Source: Amoebidium appalachense
Lineage: Eukaryota > Protista > Ichthyosporea
DNA length: 64,000 nt
Assembly (NCBI GenBank): GCA_963693365.1
Contig: CAVNZM010000006.1
Coordinates: 2,232,001-2,296,000, forward strand
Reading direction: 5' to 3'
Shown in pieces: positions 24,766-39,415 of this stretch. The stretch's first letter is position 1, and the number at the start of each line of letters is the position of its first letter. The position numbers were made by a program, and so were the translations under genes. The notes below the pieces were generated by a model, which had not been told where the DNA came from, searched no databases, and was given only the letters and a program-made list of their open reading frames with translations.

Positions 24766-25883
24766 AGCTAGAGTGCATGGCCCTGTCAAGCCCTGTCACC
24801 TGTACAGGTTCAGGGACCAAAGCCGATTGGTCCGACATGAAGTAATGGGTTTGTGTTCCACACTGTATGGCCGGGTTGGTGGTTGAAGCTGGATCTATGC
24901 GAAATCATTTATAATCACAACAGGAAAGAGTACATAAAGCTTTAAAGTTTTTATTGTATATTTAGACGCGGGTATTTGACAAGCATATGGGGACAAACTT
25001 TACAAAGAGTCGGTACCCTGCAAAGGGCACATGGACCTTCGTGAGCTATGATTCGCAAAATGTCACATAGATTGAATACCGCAGTAGCGGCTCATTACAT
25101 AACACCGCGAGTTGCAACGTCACTGCAGGAACTGCAATCCAAAGACTCTGAGAGGTACACTGTATGTCACGTCGGTGATAAGACTTTTATTTCCAACAAT
25201 AACCAAATTATTAAAGCCTTTATCAGTTTTCCTAACGAATAATGAAATGCGGCGTTACGCTGTTCCAAAGCTGTCCCAAAGGGCGAATCAGCATCGATGT
25301 TCGTGACGCAGCGGCTCCGCAGTGCGCATGCCATCGATTTAAGAAAACGCCAATCAGAGCTCTCGAGCTGGGTACACCGCTCTACTGAGTACAGATTTGA
25401 TTAGATTAGAAAGCATCACTTGAGGAGAAGGAATATTCCCATTCCTGTTCGTGGGCACGGTAGGTCACGGTCAGGCGGCCACAGAGAGAGGGATATCTTG
25501 AAAAAGAGCAGCGAAAGTCTTTTGAACACATTTATGTTATCGAATAAAAACTCAAGAATGTATATGTAAATAAAGTTTGCTTTATGCCCTTTTTAGATTT
25601 TTGGAAAACATACAGCTTGACCTGTGCTGGACGCTATCCCGAGCAACATTACGCAATGAATGCTAGGTTTTACCCCTCTCTTAGAAAATAGATCCTTCAT
25701 CGGCCCCTTGTCAGGTATAAAAGCGAGCACAACCCTCAAATGCGAACTTCACCACAGTTTCATCCAGCCTTTGCAGTCAAACCTGACAAAGTCGCACAGA
25801 AAAAAAAAATTCTAGCCAAAAGGCTCCAAAAAAGAAAAGCTTAAAGTCAAAAAGAGCAAAAAAAAAAGCCAGCGAGTCCGGAT

Positions 25884-26352
25884 ATGTCTATCAGCCATGA
25901 AGCCCCCGCTAAGCACCTGCGACTGTCTGTTGGCGCCCTAAAGGGGCTGATGGAAGAGGCCACGGAAAATGCTGTATGTACCCACTGTGTGCATCTGGCG
26001 CGTGTTTGCATGCAACGCATACTCACTGTGTGCAATGTGCATGCACTTGCGTGTGTGTACTGGTTATGCGTATGGAAATGTCTGGATTTATTGTTTGCTG
26101 TGACGTTACCTGTGCTGTTTTCTATTTTTTTTCCTTGGGCCGGCCTGACGACCTTGTGCCTCATGTTCCTTTCTCAGGCTGGTTGCCAGCCTGGGAAATT
26201 TGGGTGTTTGACGGTCGCTGACGTGAATTAATCCTTAACAAAAAAAATAGAAAAGAAAAGAAAAAGAAAAAAAGAAGAAGAAGAAGGAGAAGAAGGGCGG
26301 GGGCAGGGCGGGGCAGGGCGGCAGGGGGGGGGGGGGGGGGGGGGGAGGGGGG

Positions 26353-26386
<34 letters not shown>

Positions 26387-26751
26387 GGGACGTTTTACAA
26401 TTACGATAGTGATTTTGCATGGCATTGTTGGTTCCTGCATTCTTTTCATAACAACTATGGGAAACCCATCATGTTGTTATTTTGGTGAGCGTATCATATC
26501 ATTTCTTGCCCACCCTATTGATCACTGCGGCGTCTTTCATGCAAATCACGTGTTACACACTGCTGTTGGCTAAGAAACGTTCAATGTCACCGAATTACTG
26601 AAAATCAAGGAAAACTGAAATATTCATGTGATTTGCCTTTTGGTATGTAATCCATGCGGGGACAGGCTAATGACAAGATTTGCAGGTCGAAACCATTCAG
26701 CGACATGGCGGCATTGAGGGCATTGCAGCCGCACTGCACGTCAACCCGAAC

Positions 26752-26837
<86 letters not shown>

Positions 26838-27136
26838 CGCACGCGCCTGCCTATTGCGTCGAAGTTGCGTGCTACACGTTGATTTGCATGCGCTGTGCAC
26901 GTCAACCAAGCAGTTGACTGCCCGGTTGACATGCACAGAGGAAGATCAACCGCTGCTACCGCATAATCTTTTTAATCCGCATACTATATAGTCATGATAA
27001 TTATAAATATTTCTCATGACTTATCATACCCCAGTGGGCCTGCAGAGTCATGACACTGCCGATCTCAATTCTCGGCGTCTTGTCTATGGCGTCAACCGCC
27101 TGCCTGCCCCAAAGCCAAAGGGGTATGTGATGCCCC

Positions 27137-27167
<31 letters not shown>

Positions 27168-28971
27168 AAAAAAAGAAAAAGAAAAAGAAAAAAGAAAAAA
27201 AGAACATAAAATATATAATAATCAAGTAAATAAATAAATAGAATACTAAACAACATAATAAACTTTAATTGAATGAAGAAATGAATGAACAAATAAAATT
27301 AAAAAACAAAATAATAATAAAAAGGGAATTCGGAAATTATGAAAGAGGAAAGATGGTGAAAGAAAATAAAAACAAACACATAGGAGGTTTTTGAGCGTTT
27401 TTGTATGTCTTGGGATTAACGTGTGGTATTGGAACTTTAGCATACGTGGGATGCATGCCGCCGTGTTCGATGCACGTTGAATGGGTACTTATACATGTTT
27501 CAGAAGCAGGCTGATATAGACTATGATAGTCTCTGGGGTGGTAACTTATGCGGGCATCGGTTGCTGCATCTAATGTGGGTGGGTTCGAAACGTTTACCTT
27601 AGGCTGCTGTATCTGATGTGTGTGGGGTGGGACCTTATATTTGGGGCCAGTGGGGCTTTATACAGGCTCTTGTATCTGATATGTGTGGAGTGGTTACTTG
27701 CATTATAGGCTGCTGTTTCTGATGTGTGTGGGGTGGGGGCTCATACGGGCTGCTTTATCTGATGTGTGTGGAGTGGGGACTTGTATTTGGATTGGGGCGT
27801 TCAGTGTACAGGCAGCTATATTTGATCTGTGTGGGGAGGGGACTTATACGACCTATGCAGGCTGCTGTATCTGATGTGGGCTGCGCTCAAGGACCCAGTG
27901 CTCATCATCTTGATGGCTGCCGGCTGCACCTCATTGGCCATCGGCATGATCGTCGAGGATGGTAGGGCCACGCACAGGCACACAGACACACACACACAGG
28001 AGCACAGGCACAGAGACACACACACACAGGAGCACAGGCACACGCACATACAGGCACAGGAACACAGGAATACAGGCATGCACACACACAGGCACACACG
28101 CATAGCGCATAGATACATACGCCGTCAGGTGCACATACACAGTTACACACACAGGCACACACAGGCACAAGCCTACACACTTACTTAAACAAACGCAGGC
28201 ACACGGACAAACACACAGGCACACACACGCGTACAGGTATACACACACGCTTTCACAACTGCACAAGCATATAGCGTGCAGCCACACATGCCTAATAAAT
28301 GTACGTGGGGGCACACATGCAAACACACACAGCAAGGGCAGACTAATATTCACATCGTGTGTGCACGTGTGAACTCTTGTGCCATGTGCTGGCTGGCATT
28401 GAGCAGGCACGCTCACACTTTGTCCGCGCGACCTTAAAGATGCACAGGCCCATGCACACACATTCACAATCACCTTTACGCGCATGCACCCACATGCAAT
28501 TTGCAGGATAATATGCCATTATGTTTGTGCACTGCTAACGGTGTGGTGGTGGTGGCACAGACAAGAGCCACGCCTGGATCGAAGGATTTCTCGTTTTGGT
28601 GGCGGTGGCGATAGTTGTTCTGAGTGCATCTCTCAATGACTGGAAGAAGGAAAGACAGTTTCATGAACTCAACAAGGTGAAGGAAGACTACAATGTGAAT
28701 GTATTGCGTGATGGTGTGTCCACCCAAATTTCACGGTATGATATACTCGTGGGAGATATTCTGCTACTGGCTCAGGGTGACGAGGTCGAGGCAGATGGGA
28801 TAGTCATTGAGTCGTCGGGGCTGAAAATTAACGAAAGTAGTCTGACGGGAGAGAGTGATGACATTAAGAAGACCCCTACCACCAACCCACAGGTAATGCC
28901 CCCCCCCCCCCCCCTTCCCCCCCCAAAAGCACACACACACACACAGACACACACACAGACACACACATACA

Positions 28972-29038
<67 letters not shown>

Positions 29039-29659
29039 ACACGCACACGCACACACACACGCACACACACACACACGTACACGTACTCAAGCACACGTGT
29101 GTGCACAGAGGCACACACACACACAGAACTACGCACATGACTCGCGTGGTGCACACAAACATTTGGTAGCACACATACACCGTGCGGTAGCACACAGAGG
29201 CATAATGGTAGCACACACACACACACACATATGGTAGTAGTAGTGGGCTCTAGCCGACCCCTATTTTTTTTTTTGCACAGAACAACAACCATATACCCCC
29301 CCCCCCCCCCCCCCCCCCCCCCTTACCCCCCCCCCCCCCCCCCCCCCCCCCGCTTCCCCCTTCTCCTCCCTTTTCACGGTAGCACATAAAACCACCCAAC
29401 ACCTCACACGTTGTCTCCCCCCCTCCCCCCCCCCCCCCCCCCCCCAACCTCCCCTCCCCCCCCCTCCCCCCAGGTGTATGGAGGCACGCAGGTGATGGAT
29501 GGTGCCGGGCGCATGCTTGTGCTTGCTGTGGGCACACACACACAGGCCGGGCTGATTGCCGAGCTGATAGGCGGCAGACAGGCCAGACCGGCCACAGCAT
29601 GTGCAGGTAGTGAGGGAGACACAGACACATACATTGCCACAGACTCTCCTGTCGGTAAG

Positions 29660-29701
<42 letters not shown>

Positions 29702-30393
29702 AAAGAACCTGCCGCCCGGCTGTTGCATGCGTGGCGTGTGTCTTGCTGTATGCCCGGGCAGTGTTCCTGTGTTTGTCTGTGTACCGCTTTGACTATGCAA
29801 CGTGTTTGATGATAGTGATTGGTGCCAATTATTACCAGGCTCTTGTTATTTTTCCAGTAAATGTTTGTTCTCCCCCCCCCACCTGCCTCGCATTTCATTT
29901 GCCTACATCCTCTCTATGCACATGCAACATACGCACATGCACCCATGCACATCCCCTCCTTCTCCCCTAATTGCCAATGTGTCCATTCATCGAATCTCCT
30001 GCCTCCCCCCCCCCCCCCCCCACCCCTCCACCCGGGCCCACCTCCCCCCCTCCCCCCCTCCCATCTACTCCCCCCCCTCGCCACCACCACCATCACGCTC
30101 CCACCACACTTCACCTCCTTCCAACACCACCCTTCATCTCTCCAGGAACGGGCAAGAAGGAATCAGCAGGCAAGGCACCAGCAGATGATACTGTGATAGA
30201 CACAGGCAGCCAGGCCACACTCAAAACAAGAAACAACACTGCACATGCGGGGGAGGAGGAGGAGGAGGAGGGCACCCCCCTGCAGAACAAACTCACACGC
30301 ATGATGGTGGCTATCGGATATATCGGTCTCACCGTGGCTGGATTGACCTTTGTGGTCATGTCGGTGAGGTTCTGCATAGAGACATATCCACAC

Positions 30394-30448
<55 letters not shown>

Positions 30449-31511
30449 TGAGTGTGTGTGTGTGTGTGTCCTTTCCCACGTGCATGCTTGCGTGTGTGTG
30501 TGTGTGTCTGTGGCGTGGGTGTGTATGTGTGCGTGCGCACTGTGGTTATGGGTATGCTCCCTTGCATGATACTCTCTAAGGCCTGGTGTAGGGCCCATTC
30601 ACCTCCCTACCAACAATGCAATCCACCTGTCTCACCACACCGCACTCACACAATGTGATCCTTGCAGGGGCTTTGAGAGTCGTGATCTTCGGCAGTTTGT
30701 CGACTTCTTCATAGTTGCCATCACCGTGCTGATCGTGTCCATCCCCGAGGGCCTACCCCTAGCCGTGACTCTCTCTCTAGCCTTCAGCATGAAGCGCATG
30801 CTAGCAGAGAACAATCTAGTGCGTCATCTGGATGCATGTGAGACCATGGGCAATGCCACGGCCATATGCTCAGATAAGACCGGTACCCTGACCATGAACC
30901 GCATGAAGGTCGTTCGGGCCACAGTGGCAAACATGCAGGTCGACCCGACCCGACCCCTCTCTGAATGTGCTGTGGCCCGGCCCGTGGAGCAGCTATTGGC
31001 CGAGGGTGTTGCTATTAATAGTGCCGCCGAGGTGCGTGGGCCCGCTAGTGGTGTGGGCACCATGCAGCATGTGGGCAGCAAGACAGAGTGTGCCCTGCTA
31101 GAGTACATCATGTCTCTGGGCCACGACTATAACACAACACGAGCCAACATCAGGCCCGCATGTGTGTTTCCATTTTCCTCGGCCCGAAAGTCTAGCTCGG
31201 TGGTGCTACCGGTCACAATCGGGTCGGGTCGGGCCGGGTACCGTCTGCATACCAAGGGGGCCAGTGAGATGGTGCTGGGGCGCTGCAGGCACTATGTGGA
31301 TGGGAGGGGGGTGGTGCAGGCACTGGATGACGTCACACGGGCACAGGTCAATGCCACCATCGTGGCCTATGCCTCGGAGCGTAAGTGCATGCATGCTGCT
31401 TTGCACACGTTCCCGGTTATAGGGATTCCGTTTTATCAGAAAAATTATTGGTTGGTGGAAGACCAGAGCTGTCTTGGGGATAGATGCTCCCCTCCCCCCC
31501 CCTTTTTTTTG

Positions 31512-31545
<34 letters not shown>

Positions 31546-32047
31546 GGAAGGGAGGGAGGGAGGGAGGGAGCTCTACCGTAACCTTTATCTTCAACTTGAA
31601 AGTAGTAAGAGCAAATACACAAACCCCCCCCCCCCCCCCCCCCCCCCCACCACCCAACAAAAACCGACTTTTTTTTTTTTTTTTTTTTGGGGGGGGGGGG
31701 GGGGAGGGGGAGGGATGAAGCAAGGGGGGAGCGGGGAGGGGGGGGGGGGGGGGGGAGGAATGGAGAGAGGGAGGGAGTTCTACCATAACCTTTATGGTCA
31801 ACTTGAAAGTAATCAGATCAAATACGCAACCCCACCCCTCATTACCATCACCAGCGCCACCCACCCACCCATCAAAAACCGACTAAGCCCCCCCCTCCCC
31901 CCCCCCCCCCCCCCCTCCCCCCCAATCAAAAACCGACTAATTCCTTCCTCTTCACCTCCCCCTGCCCCTCTACCCCCCTCCCCCAATCCCAAAAACGTCC
32001 CCCTCCCCCCCCCCCCCTACCCCCTCCCCTCCCCCCCTCCCCCCCCC

Positions 32048-32078
<31 letters not shown>

Positions 32079-33502
32079 AGGTCTGCGCACGCTGTGCCTT
32101 GCCTACAAGGACATACCCGACCCCCTCCCCTGGGAGGAGATTGGATCGGACCCCCTAGAGCATGACCTGATCCTATTGGCCCTTGTGGGCATCGAAGACC
32201 CTCTCAGGCCCGAGGTGCCTGGCGCCATCAGTCAGTGCAAACGGGCAGGAATCACTGTGCGCATGGTCACGGGGGACAATGTGATTACGGCGGCGGCAAT
32301 AGCGAAAAAGTGTGGAATTTTGGCATCATCTGAGGACTTGGTGATGGAGGGCCCTGACTTCCGCAAACGCGTGCTCGACTCTAACGGCAACATCATCCAA
32401 TCAGAGATGGATAAGATCTGGCCCCGATTACGTGTGCTTGCGCGATCCTCGCCTGCAGACAAATACACGTTGGTGGCAGGCATGCTTGCAAGCACATGTG
32501 GGGAGAGACAGGTAGTGGCGGTGACGGGGGATGGCACAAACGATGCGCCTGCACTCAAGAGGGCAGATGTTGGGTTTGCCATGGGCATACAGGGCACTAT
32601 TGTGGCCAAGAATGCAAGTGACATCATTCTGATGGATGACAACTTCAACTCGATAGTGGTGGCTGTGAAGTGGGGACGTAAGTGTTCACACCCACACTCG
32701 CACACACGGTTTATGTCTCTCTGCCTCCCCTCCCCCCCTCCCCCCCCCCCCCCCCCCCCTTCCCCTTCCCCCTTGCCCCCTCTCTCCCTCCCCCCAGGCC
32801 CTCCTTTGCATACGCGTTTTGTGCTCTACACCTTCTCCCCTCTCCGCTCTCCCCCCCCCCCCCTACACACACAGAAACAGTCAGCATGTCACATCCCGCA
32901 CACGGTTAGTGCCTGTGTGGTCGTCTTTCTTCTCTGCTAGGTCAGGACTCCACATCTTATGGAAGAGCTGACCGACTTTCTCCTTCCCCTCCCCCTCCGC
33001 CTCCCCCCCCCCCCCCACCCACCCATCCACCCTTTCCCCCCTCTCTCACCCTCCTCCCCCCCCTCCCCCCCCCCCCCCCCCCTCCCCCCGCCCCTCCCAC
33101 CCCCCCCCCCCCCCCCCCCGCCACCCACGCACAGGCAATGTCTACGACAGTGTAGCCAAGTTTGTGCAGTTCCAACTCACCGTCAACCTAGTGGCCTTAA
33201 TTCTGGCCTTTACCTCCGCCTGCATCATCAAGCAGAGCCCCCTCACTGCCACCCAGCTGCTGTGGATCAGTCTCGTATTTGACACCCTGGCTGCCCTGGC
33301 CCTGGCCACAGGTATAAAGCCCCCCCCCCCCCCCCCCCCCTCCCCCCCCCCCCCATTCTCTTCCCTCTGAGAAGAAAAGGGAAGAGAGGAAGAGCTAAGG
33401 GTGTACGCACCTCGACCCACGCACTCGCACAGCAAGCTGCCCGCTTTCACCCTTATTAAATGTATAGGTGACATTAATACGCAACACGCTTTAGTAATAT
33501 CG

Positions 33503-33543
<41 letters not shown>

Positions 33544-34282
33544 TTCCCCCTCCCCGGCACACACAACTATGCTGCGTACAGCTGCACGAACGCCGTTTTG
33601 ATCATACCAACTAATACATCCCCATTCTCCCAACTAGTATAACCCCCCCCCCCCCCCCCCCCCCCCCCTCCTCCCCCTTCACACCCACAATTCATCCCCA
33701 TCCTCCGGACTCATGAACCCCCCCCCCCCCACCCCCCCCTCCCCGTCAACCAATGCACCCCCTCCCCCCTGACCCTGCCTCCCAAATAATACACCCCCCT
33801 CCTTCTAACTAACACCACCCCCTCCCCCCTCCCCCAGAACGTCCCACAGACAACCTCCTAGACCGCAATCCCTACGGCCGAGACAAGCTCATCATCTCCC
33901 GTCGGATGGGGGGGTTCATTGTGGGCCATGGAATTTTCCAGCTGATTCTGTGCTTCTTCCTGACCTTCTATGGCCACGTGCTCTACGGGCTGGAGAATGG
34001 CAGGGGCCAGGAGGCCAGTGTGCACTACACGCTAGTCTTTAACACGTTTACCTTCTGTCAGTTCTTTAACGAGATCAATGCACGCAAGCTCAAGGGGGAG
34101 AGGAATGTGTTTGGGGGGTTCCTACGCAACAAGTACTACCTGCTGATCATGGCTGTGCAGGTACGTGGGTGCTGTGGGGTTGGGTTCTTTGAGTGTTTGT
34201 AGATGTGTGTGTGTTTGTGCGTGTATGCATGTGTCTCCCTCTGTGTGTGGGTGGGTTGGTGGTTGAGTGGATGTGTGTGTGT

Positions 34283-34313
<31 letters not shown>

Positions 34314-35573
34314 GGGGGAAGGGCTGGGGTGGGGTGGGGGAGGGGGGAGGGTTCGGTGTGTGTGGGTGGGTGAGTGGGTGGGTAGGGGGCGGGGGGGAGG
34401 GGGGGGGGGGAAGGGGGTGGGGGGGTGGGGGGAGGGGGGATGGGTGCGTGTCGGTGGGTGCATGGGTGGGTGGTTGTCTGTGTCTGTGTTGGTGGGAGTC
34501 GCGGGGGGGAAGGGGGAGAGGGTTCAGGGTACCGGCTGACCTGTTTAATTGTCTGGGAGGTGTTGTGGGGTAGGTGCACCTCTCAGGCAAGTCCACTCCA
34601 GCCACATTCCTGACTTCTTCCTCCCCCCCCCCCCCCCCCCCCCCCACCCTTCTCCCCCCCACAGATCTCTCTGCAGGTGATACTTGTGCAGTTCGGCAGC
34701 ATTCTGATTGGTGCAAAGCCACTGCCCCTGCGCCTGTGGCTAGCCAGCATAGGCATGGCCTCTCTTTCTCTGCCCTGGCACCTACTCATCAACAGTGTCA
34801 ATCTCTTCCTGCCTAGGTCTGTAAGACAGGCCTTGACTCGGCCACTCAGCCGCAAGTTCTGGGTGCGTGGATGGGCACGGTACAGAGGTGTGCCCATGCC
34901 TACAAAGGAGAGAGAGGGTGGGAGGCCACGCCACAGCGCCATATTGAGAGACCCCCAGTCTGCACGGGTATGTGTGTCCGTGTGTGCTCTTGCACATGCA
35001 TGCGAGCATGCATGTGCATGTTCTCCCCCGCACAGTAGAGAGGGTGGGTGTGGGAAAATCGAGCGGGGGTTGTAGGGGGGTGTGGCCGTGTGTGTGTGTG
35101 TGTGGGTTTGTGTGTTTTTCCTGGGGGAGGGGGGGGGGGGGGGGGGAGAGGGGGGGGGGGACTTTCAAAAGTGTAGGCAGATGTGGATGTGGGCGGACTG
35201 CCCGGTTATGATATTCCTGAAGCTTGTTTTAGCCAATCAGGCGCAGCCATCAGGACTGGTGTCAGCCAATCGATTCATGGCAGGGCAAGGGTGGATGCAG
35301 GGGAGGGGGAGGGGGAGGGGGCAGAGAGTGTGAAAGAGAGAGAGACAGACAGAATGAGATTTTTGCAGTGGAACAAAGGCTCCCCCCCCCCCCCCCCCCC
35401 CCCGGTCATCACTAACAGTGTGTTCTTTGCCACAGCCCATGGACATGTATGAGAGCACGCTGGTGCTGATGCTGCAGCAGGCAAAGAGCCCCGGCCAGAG
35501 ACTGAGACTAGCAGCTAGGCTGGTGACGTACAGGCACAGGAGGGAGGAGGCTAGGAAGAGCATGGTGTTCTAG
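25884..35573 (+). CDS. PMCA: Plasma-membrane-type (P2B) Ca2+-transporting ATPase, 13 exons, ~1119 aa (25884-25973, 26686-26752, 27035-27122, 27861-27961, 28561-28892, 29474-29654, 30146-30395, 30668-31380, 32081-32677, 33135-33311, 33838-34160, 34665-34967, 35436-35573)
   Basis: [74 protein letters not shown] and a CaM-binding-like FWVRGWAR. All junctions are GT-AG and phase-consistent. Confidence 0.95.
27560..27880 (+). repeat. ~7 degenerate tandem copies of the exon-4 acceptor and exon start (AG|GCTGCTGTATCTGATGTG)
   Basis: Copies near 27560, 27600, 27663, 27706, 27746, 27809, plus the true junction at 27858-27878. Confidence 0.8.
31560..31835. repeat. Two ~65-bp direct repeats within PMCA intron 8
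   Basis: GGGAGCTCTACCGTAACCTTTATCTTCAACTTGAAAGTAGTAAGAGCAAATAC vs GGGAGTTCTACCATAACCTTTATGGTCAACTTGAAAGTAATCAGATCAAATAC. Confidence 0.8.
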
Positions 35574-36249
35574 TGTGGGTCATATGCAGTGCAAGGTGTT
35601 CTACAACAGGGTGGAAGTTGCACAAGGCACACGTGTGGTCCGACGAGGCACACACACACCCAAATTTAGTATCCTTGCCATAGCATTGGCTTGGCAGGCA
35701 CGTTTAGAGCTCTGCAAATCCGTGCAAGCGAATTTAGTTGTTATGAAGGTGTCTATCTTTTTATTTTGAGCGTATAAGCCGTGAAGCCAGTGTATGGCCG
35801 GTATGAAGAAAATAGCATATGGGTATGAAGTATTATACTTATGTCAATAGTTGGTTGGTCACAAAAATGCATGTAAAATATGATTTTGTTTACAGATGGC
35901 AGAATGAGTTAGGTATGAAATACTTTTGTGTCGGTTCCAAAACCAATGAACCTCTCAGAAGTTTGGAGATCTTTAAACTTGTCCTAGCTAGCCACCTCCC
36001 CCCCCCCCCCCCCCCTCCCCCGCCCCCCCACCCCCTCCACCCCCCGTCCCTCCCTCCCTCCATTAACCCTATACACACGTGCATGCATGTGCGCAGATAC
36101 ACATACATAGACACACAATTGTGTGCATGTGCACCCGCGCACAACGCGCACACAAAGGTCAGCACATGCGCTCGTACACACATAAACACATATAATTCCG
36201 CGTGCACACCCACCTAGCCACACAGTCACACACGCACGCACGCACACGC

Positions 36250-36327
<78 letters not shown>

Positions 36328-36870
36328 ACACAGACACACACAGGCCCACACACACACATGTATAGGTGCACATTCAGCACAGCAGGGACGCAAACACGAT
36401 CAAACACACACGTACACACACACACACACACAGTATGAGATCTCAACAAACAGACCGACAAAAACAAAACACCCAGGAACACCGATGAGCCCCCCCCCAC
36501 CCCCCCCCCCTTCCCCCCTCTCATCCCCTTACCTCTTTAGCCGCTCACTTGGACGATCCATTTGCCTAACCATGATTAAGCGCTTACAACCGCCATCCCC
36601 CCCCCCCCCAAACCACCACCACCACCACAAAAAAAAAAACCAAAAAAAAAAAAAAAAAAAGGAAAAACAGGCACAAGGACTGGTTAGGTCACTCGTGTAT
36701 GGCCAATCACTGAGAAGGACGGGGTAAAAGAGAAGGGGGGGGGGAGGGGGGGGGGGGGGAGGGAAGTTCGCGTCAAAGAAGATTACCGTGATCCTACAAG
36801 GAACCTAGCTGCAAACACGTGAGGGTGGAGGGGGGATTGTAGAGGGAGGAGGAGGCAGGTCGGGGGGGTG

Positions 36871-36902
<32 letters not shown>

Positions 36903-37476
36903 ATGTCGATGATGTTTGTACTGGTGGTGTGCAGCACAAAATAAAACAACAAAAAAACTGTATTCATGGCTGGTCGGGGCACTCTGCATTGCAAAGGGCA
37001 CGGCAACAGCAGCAAATAATATTTACATTTCTAAGAAGATACATACGAGTAACAACAGATATTGCTGCAATTCGTACACTGTGGCAAAGCAAAAAGACAG
37101 CCGTTGGGCTAGATATACTTGGCTTAGCCTATCCAGTAAAGACTTTGAATTTTCATGCATCCGTACACCATTACAGTTACAAGCGTAGCAATATACACAC
37201 GACTATCCGGCGAGATGTTCAAATTTACGCACAACTAGCACGAAGACAGCAGTAACTGGCTTCATATACATGACTATCCAGGATGGGCGTCTTTTGAAAT
37301 TTGCAATCAAAGCACAGAAAAATCACTTCAAGCTTAACATCCTATCCTAAACCACCACAAGTTTCCTTCTATGTGCAAGCAGCCCAAATTTCCCAAACTA
37401 AAAGCGAAAAAGTCAATGTTATTTAAACAAAAAACCTCCCGAAAATTCATATTCCTTCAAAAGAAAACCGACATAT

Positions 37477-39415
37477 TCAATGTTGCTTCACTGCTTTGGG
37501 CACCCTATCTCCCTCCCCAAGGTGATACAGAGACTTGTCCGTTACCCCCTTTGGTCTAGGGGGTGCCTGGTATGCACTTGTGTCGTTGACGGCCACCAAA
37601 TGGCGCACGTGGGATGCCAGAGCCTCCCCAAACCCCTCCTTGGTGTGGTATGTCACCCCAAACTCGGTGCAGGTGGCCTCGAGGATGGGCACAAGGTCGG
37701 GGTAGTGGTCCCAGGCAATCTGGGGGGGGGGGGGGGGGGGGGGGGGAGGGGAGAGAGGGAGGGAGAGAGGGGGTTGATAGGGGGAGTGAGTGAGGGGGTT
37801 GATAGGGGGGTGATAGGGGGTTGGGGAGGGGGGGGGGGGGGAGAGGGGGGCGAGGGGAAGGGTCCAGCGGGGAGGTGAGTGGGGAAGGAGGAACAGGGAG
37901 ACAGGGGGGATGGGGGGGGAGGGGGGGCAACAGATGTGTTAGCGTCTCATAATGGTTGCAGATAGAACAGCATGAGCTGAGTCAACCCGAACATTCGCAA
38001 TCGTGCGCGCACACAATGGAGATGTATTTGGCAGTGTGACCAGCCTAGCATTAAGTTGCTTGTATGTGTGTCTGGGCTGTGTGCGTCTGGGGGCATACCT
38101 GGGGGAACAGATGGTGGATGATCTGGTTGTTGAGCCCCAGCGACACGTGCAGGTGAACACGTGACCGCACTGCATAGTCCATGGCGTGTGCAATCTGGTG
38201 CTTGGCCCACTCGGGCCGGCCATGGCCCGACCCGGCCCGGAAGCACTCTGGCTGCACGTGGCTGACCTGAGAGAATGCATAGTAGATGAGGCCGTGGATG
38301 GCCATGGGCAGAAAGGCCGACACCAGGCCACGGGGGATGGCCCACATGGGGGTGGGGGCAGACAGGGCAGCACGGAAGAAGGGCAGGCCAAAGCATACGC
38401 CAGCCACGGCACAGCGGCCCAGGGTGTGTGCGGCCAGGCGGGCCCATGTCAGGCGCACCATGGGCACCAGACCGAACAGGCTGCGCTCAAACATGCCCAG
38501 ATACAGTCGGGGCCACAGAAAAGACTGGCCCAGGGTGGTGTTGAGGGCACGCACAACTAGGCCCAGCCGCCACCACACAGCCCGGCCCACAAAGCCCCCC
38601 CACATTGTGTTGGGCAGGGGGCGGTTCTCGATGGTCGTGCGGAAGCCAGGCACGCCGTCCTTTGCCGTGAAGCTGAAGTGGTAGAGGTCAGGGTCACGCA
38701 CGGCCATGTTTGTGTGCACGTGGTGGCCGATCACGTGTTGGTGGGTCCAGCACAGCACACTGCTTTGCATGGCCCCCAGGTAGGCCAGCAACCAATTGAC
38801 TTGCGGCCATGTGGTGATGGCAAGATGGGTGCCGTCATGCAGGCACGCACTGGGGCCCAGCCAATAGGCAACGGGGAACAGCGCGGTGGCCCACATGTGG
38901 CCATGCAAATGCGCCCCAAACAGGACAAGTGCAGCCACTGAAAACCCGGCCAGTTGCAGCAGTTGCCGCACCCCGGCCTTGGGTGAACGGCCTGTGCGCT
39001 CAAAGTGTGCCCTGACTCGTGCCTTGAGGGTGTCGAAGATGGGTGTGTGGTCCCAGTTGAACGTGTCGTCATAGTCTGTATCCTTGGGCCCCGCATCCTC
39101 CACATAGTACTTCTGCAGCACCGCATGCACCCGACCAGGGGCAGATAGCGAGTGGTAGCTCTCAAACAGCTCCGTGCAGTTGCGGCCACGGCCCAGCAAA
39201 ATGGATTCACGGCCGCCAGGGTGCATGGCCACAAACCTGTGCAGGTCGTAGCGCTTGTTGTGCACCGTCCAGAGGTCGGGCCGGGCCGAGGCCTGTGCAT
39301 CCGAGTCACGTGTGTAGGCCACCTGGGCATGGCGCCACCACCGTGCAAAAAGTAATGTGGTGGCCGCAACGGTCAGGCCCACTGCCTGCTGGGCAGTGGA
39401 ATCGGTGAGAAGCAT
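37477..39415 (-). CDS. Cytochrome b5-fusion front-end-type fatty acid desaturase, ~519 aa (exons 39415-38099, 37719-37477)
   Basis: b5 heme motif HPGG and His boxes HDGTH, HVIGHH, QIIHHLFP. A phase-0 GT-AG intron continues into IAWDHYPDLVPILEATCTEFGVTY. Confidence 0.93.

Noticed and set aside
25048-25242. Possible MULE/SWIM transposase remnant
   Set aside because: Only a vague resemblance over 64 aa, with no catalytic or Cys/His motif.
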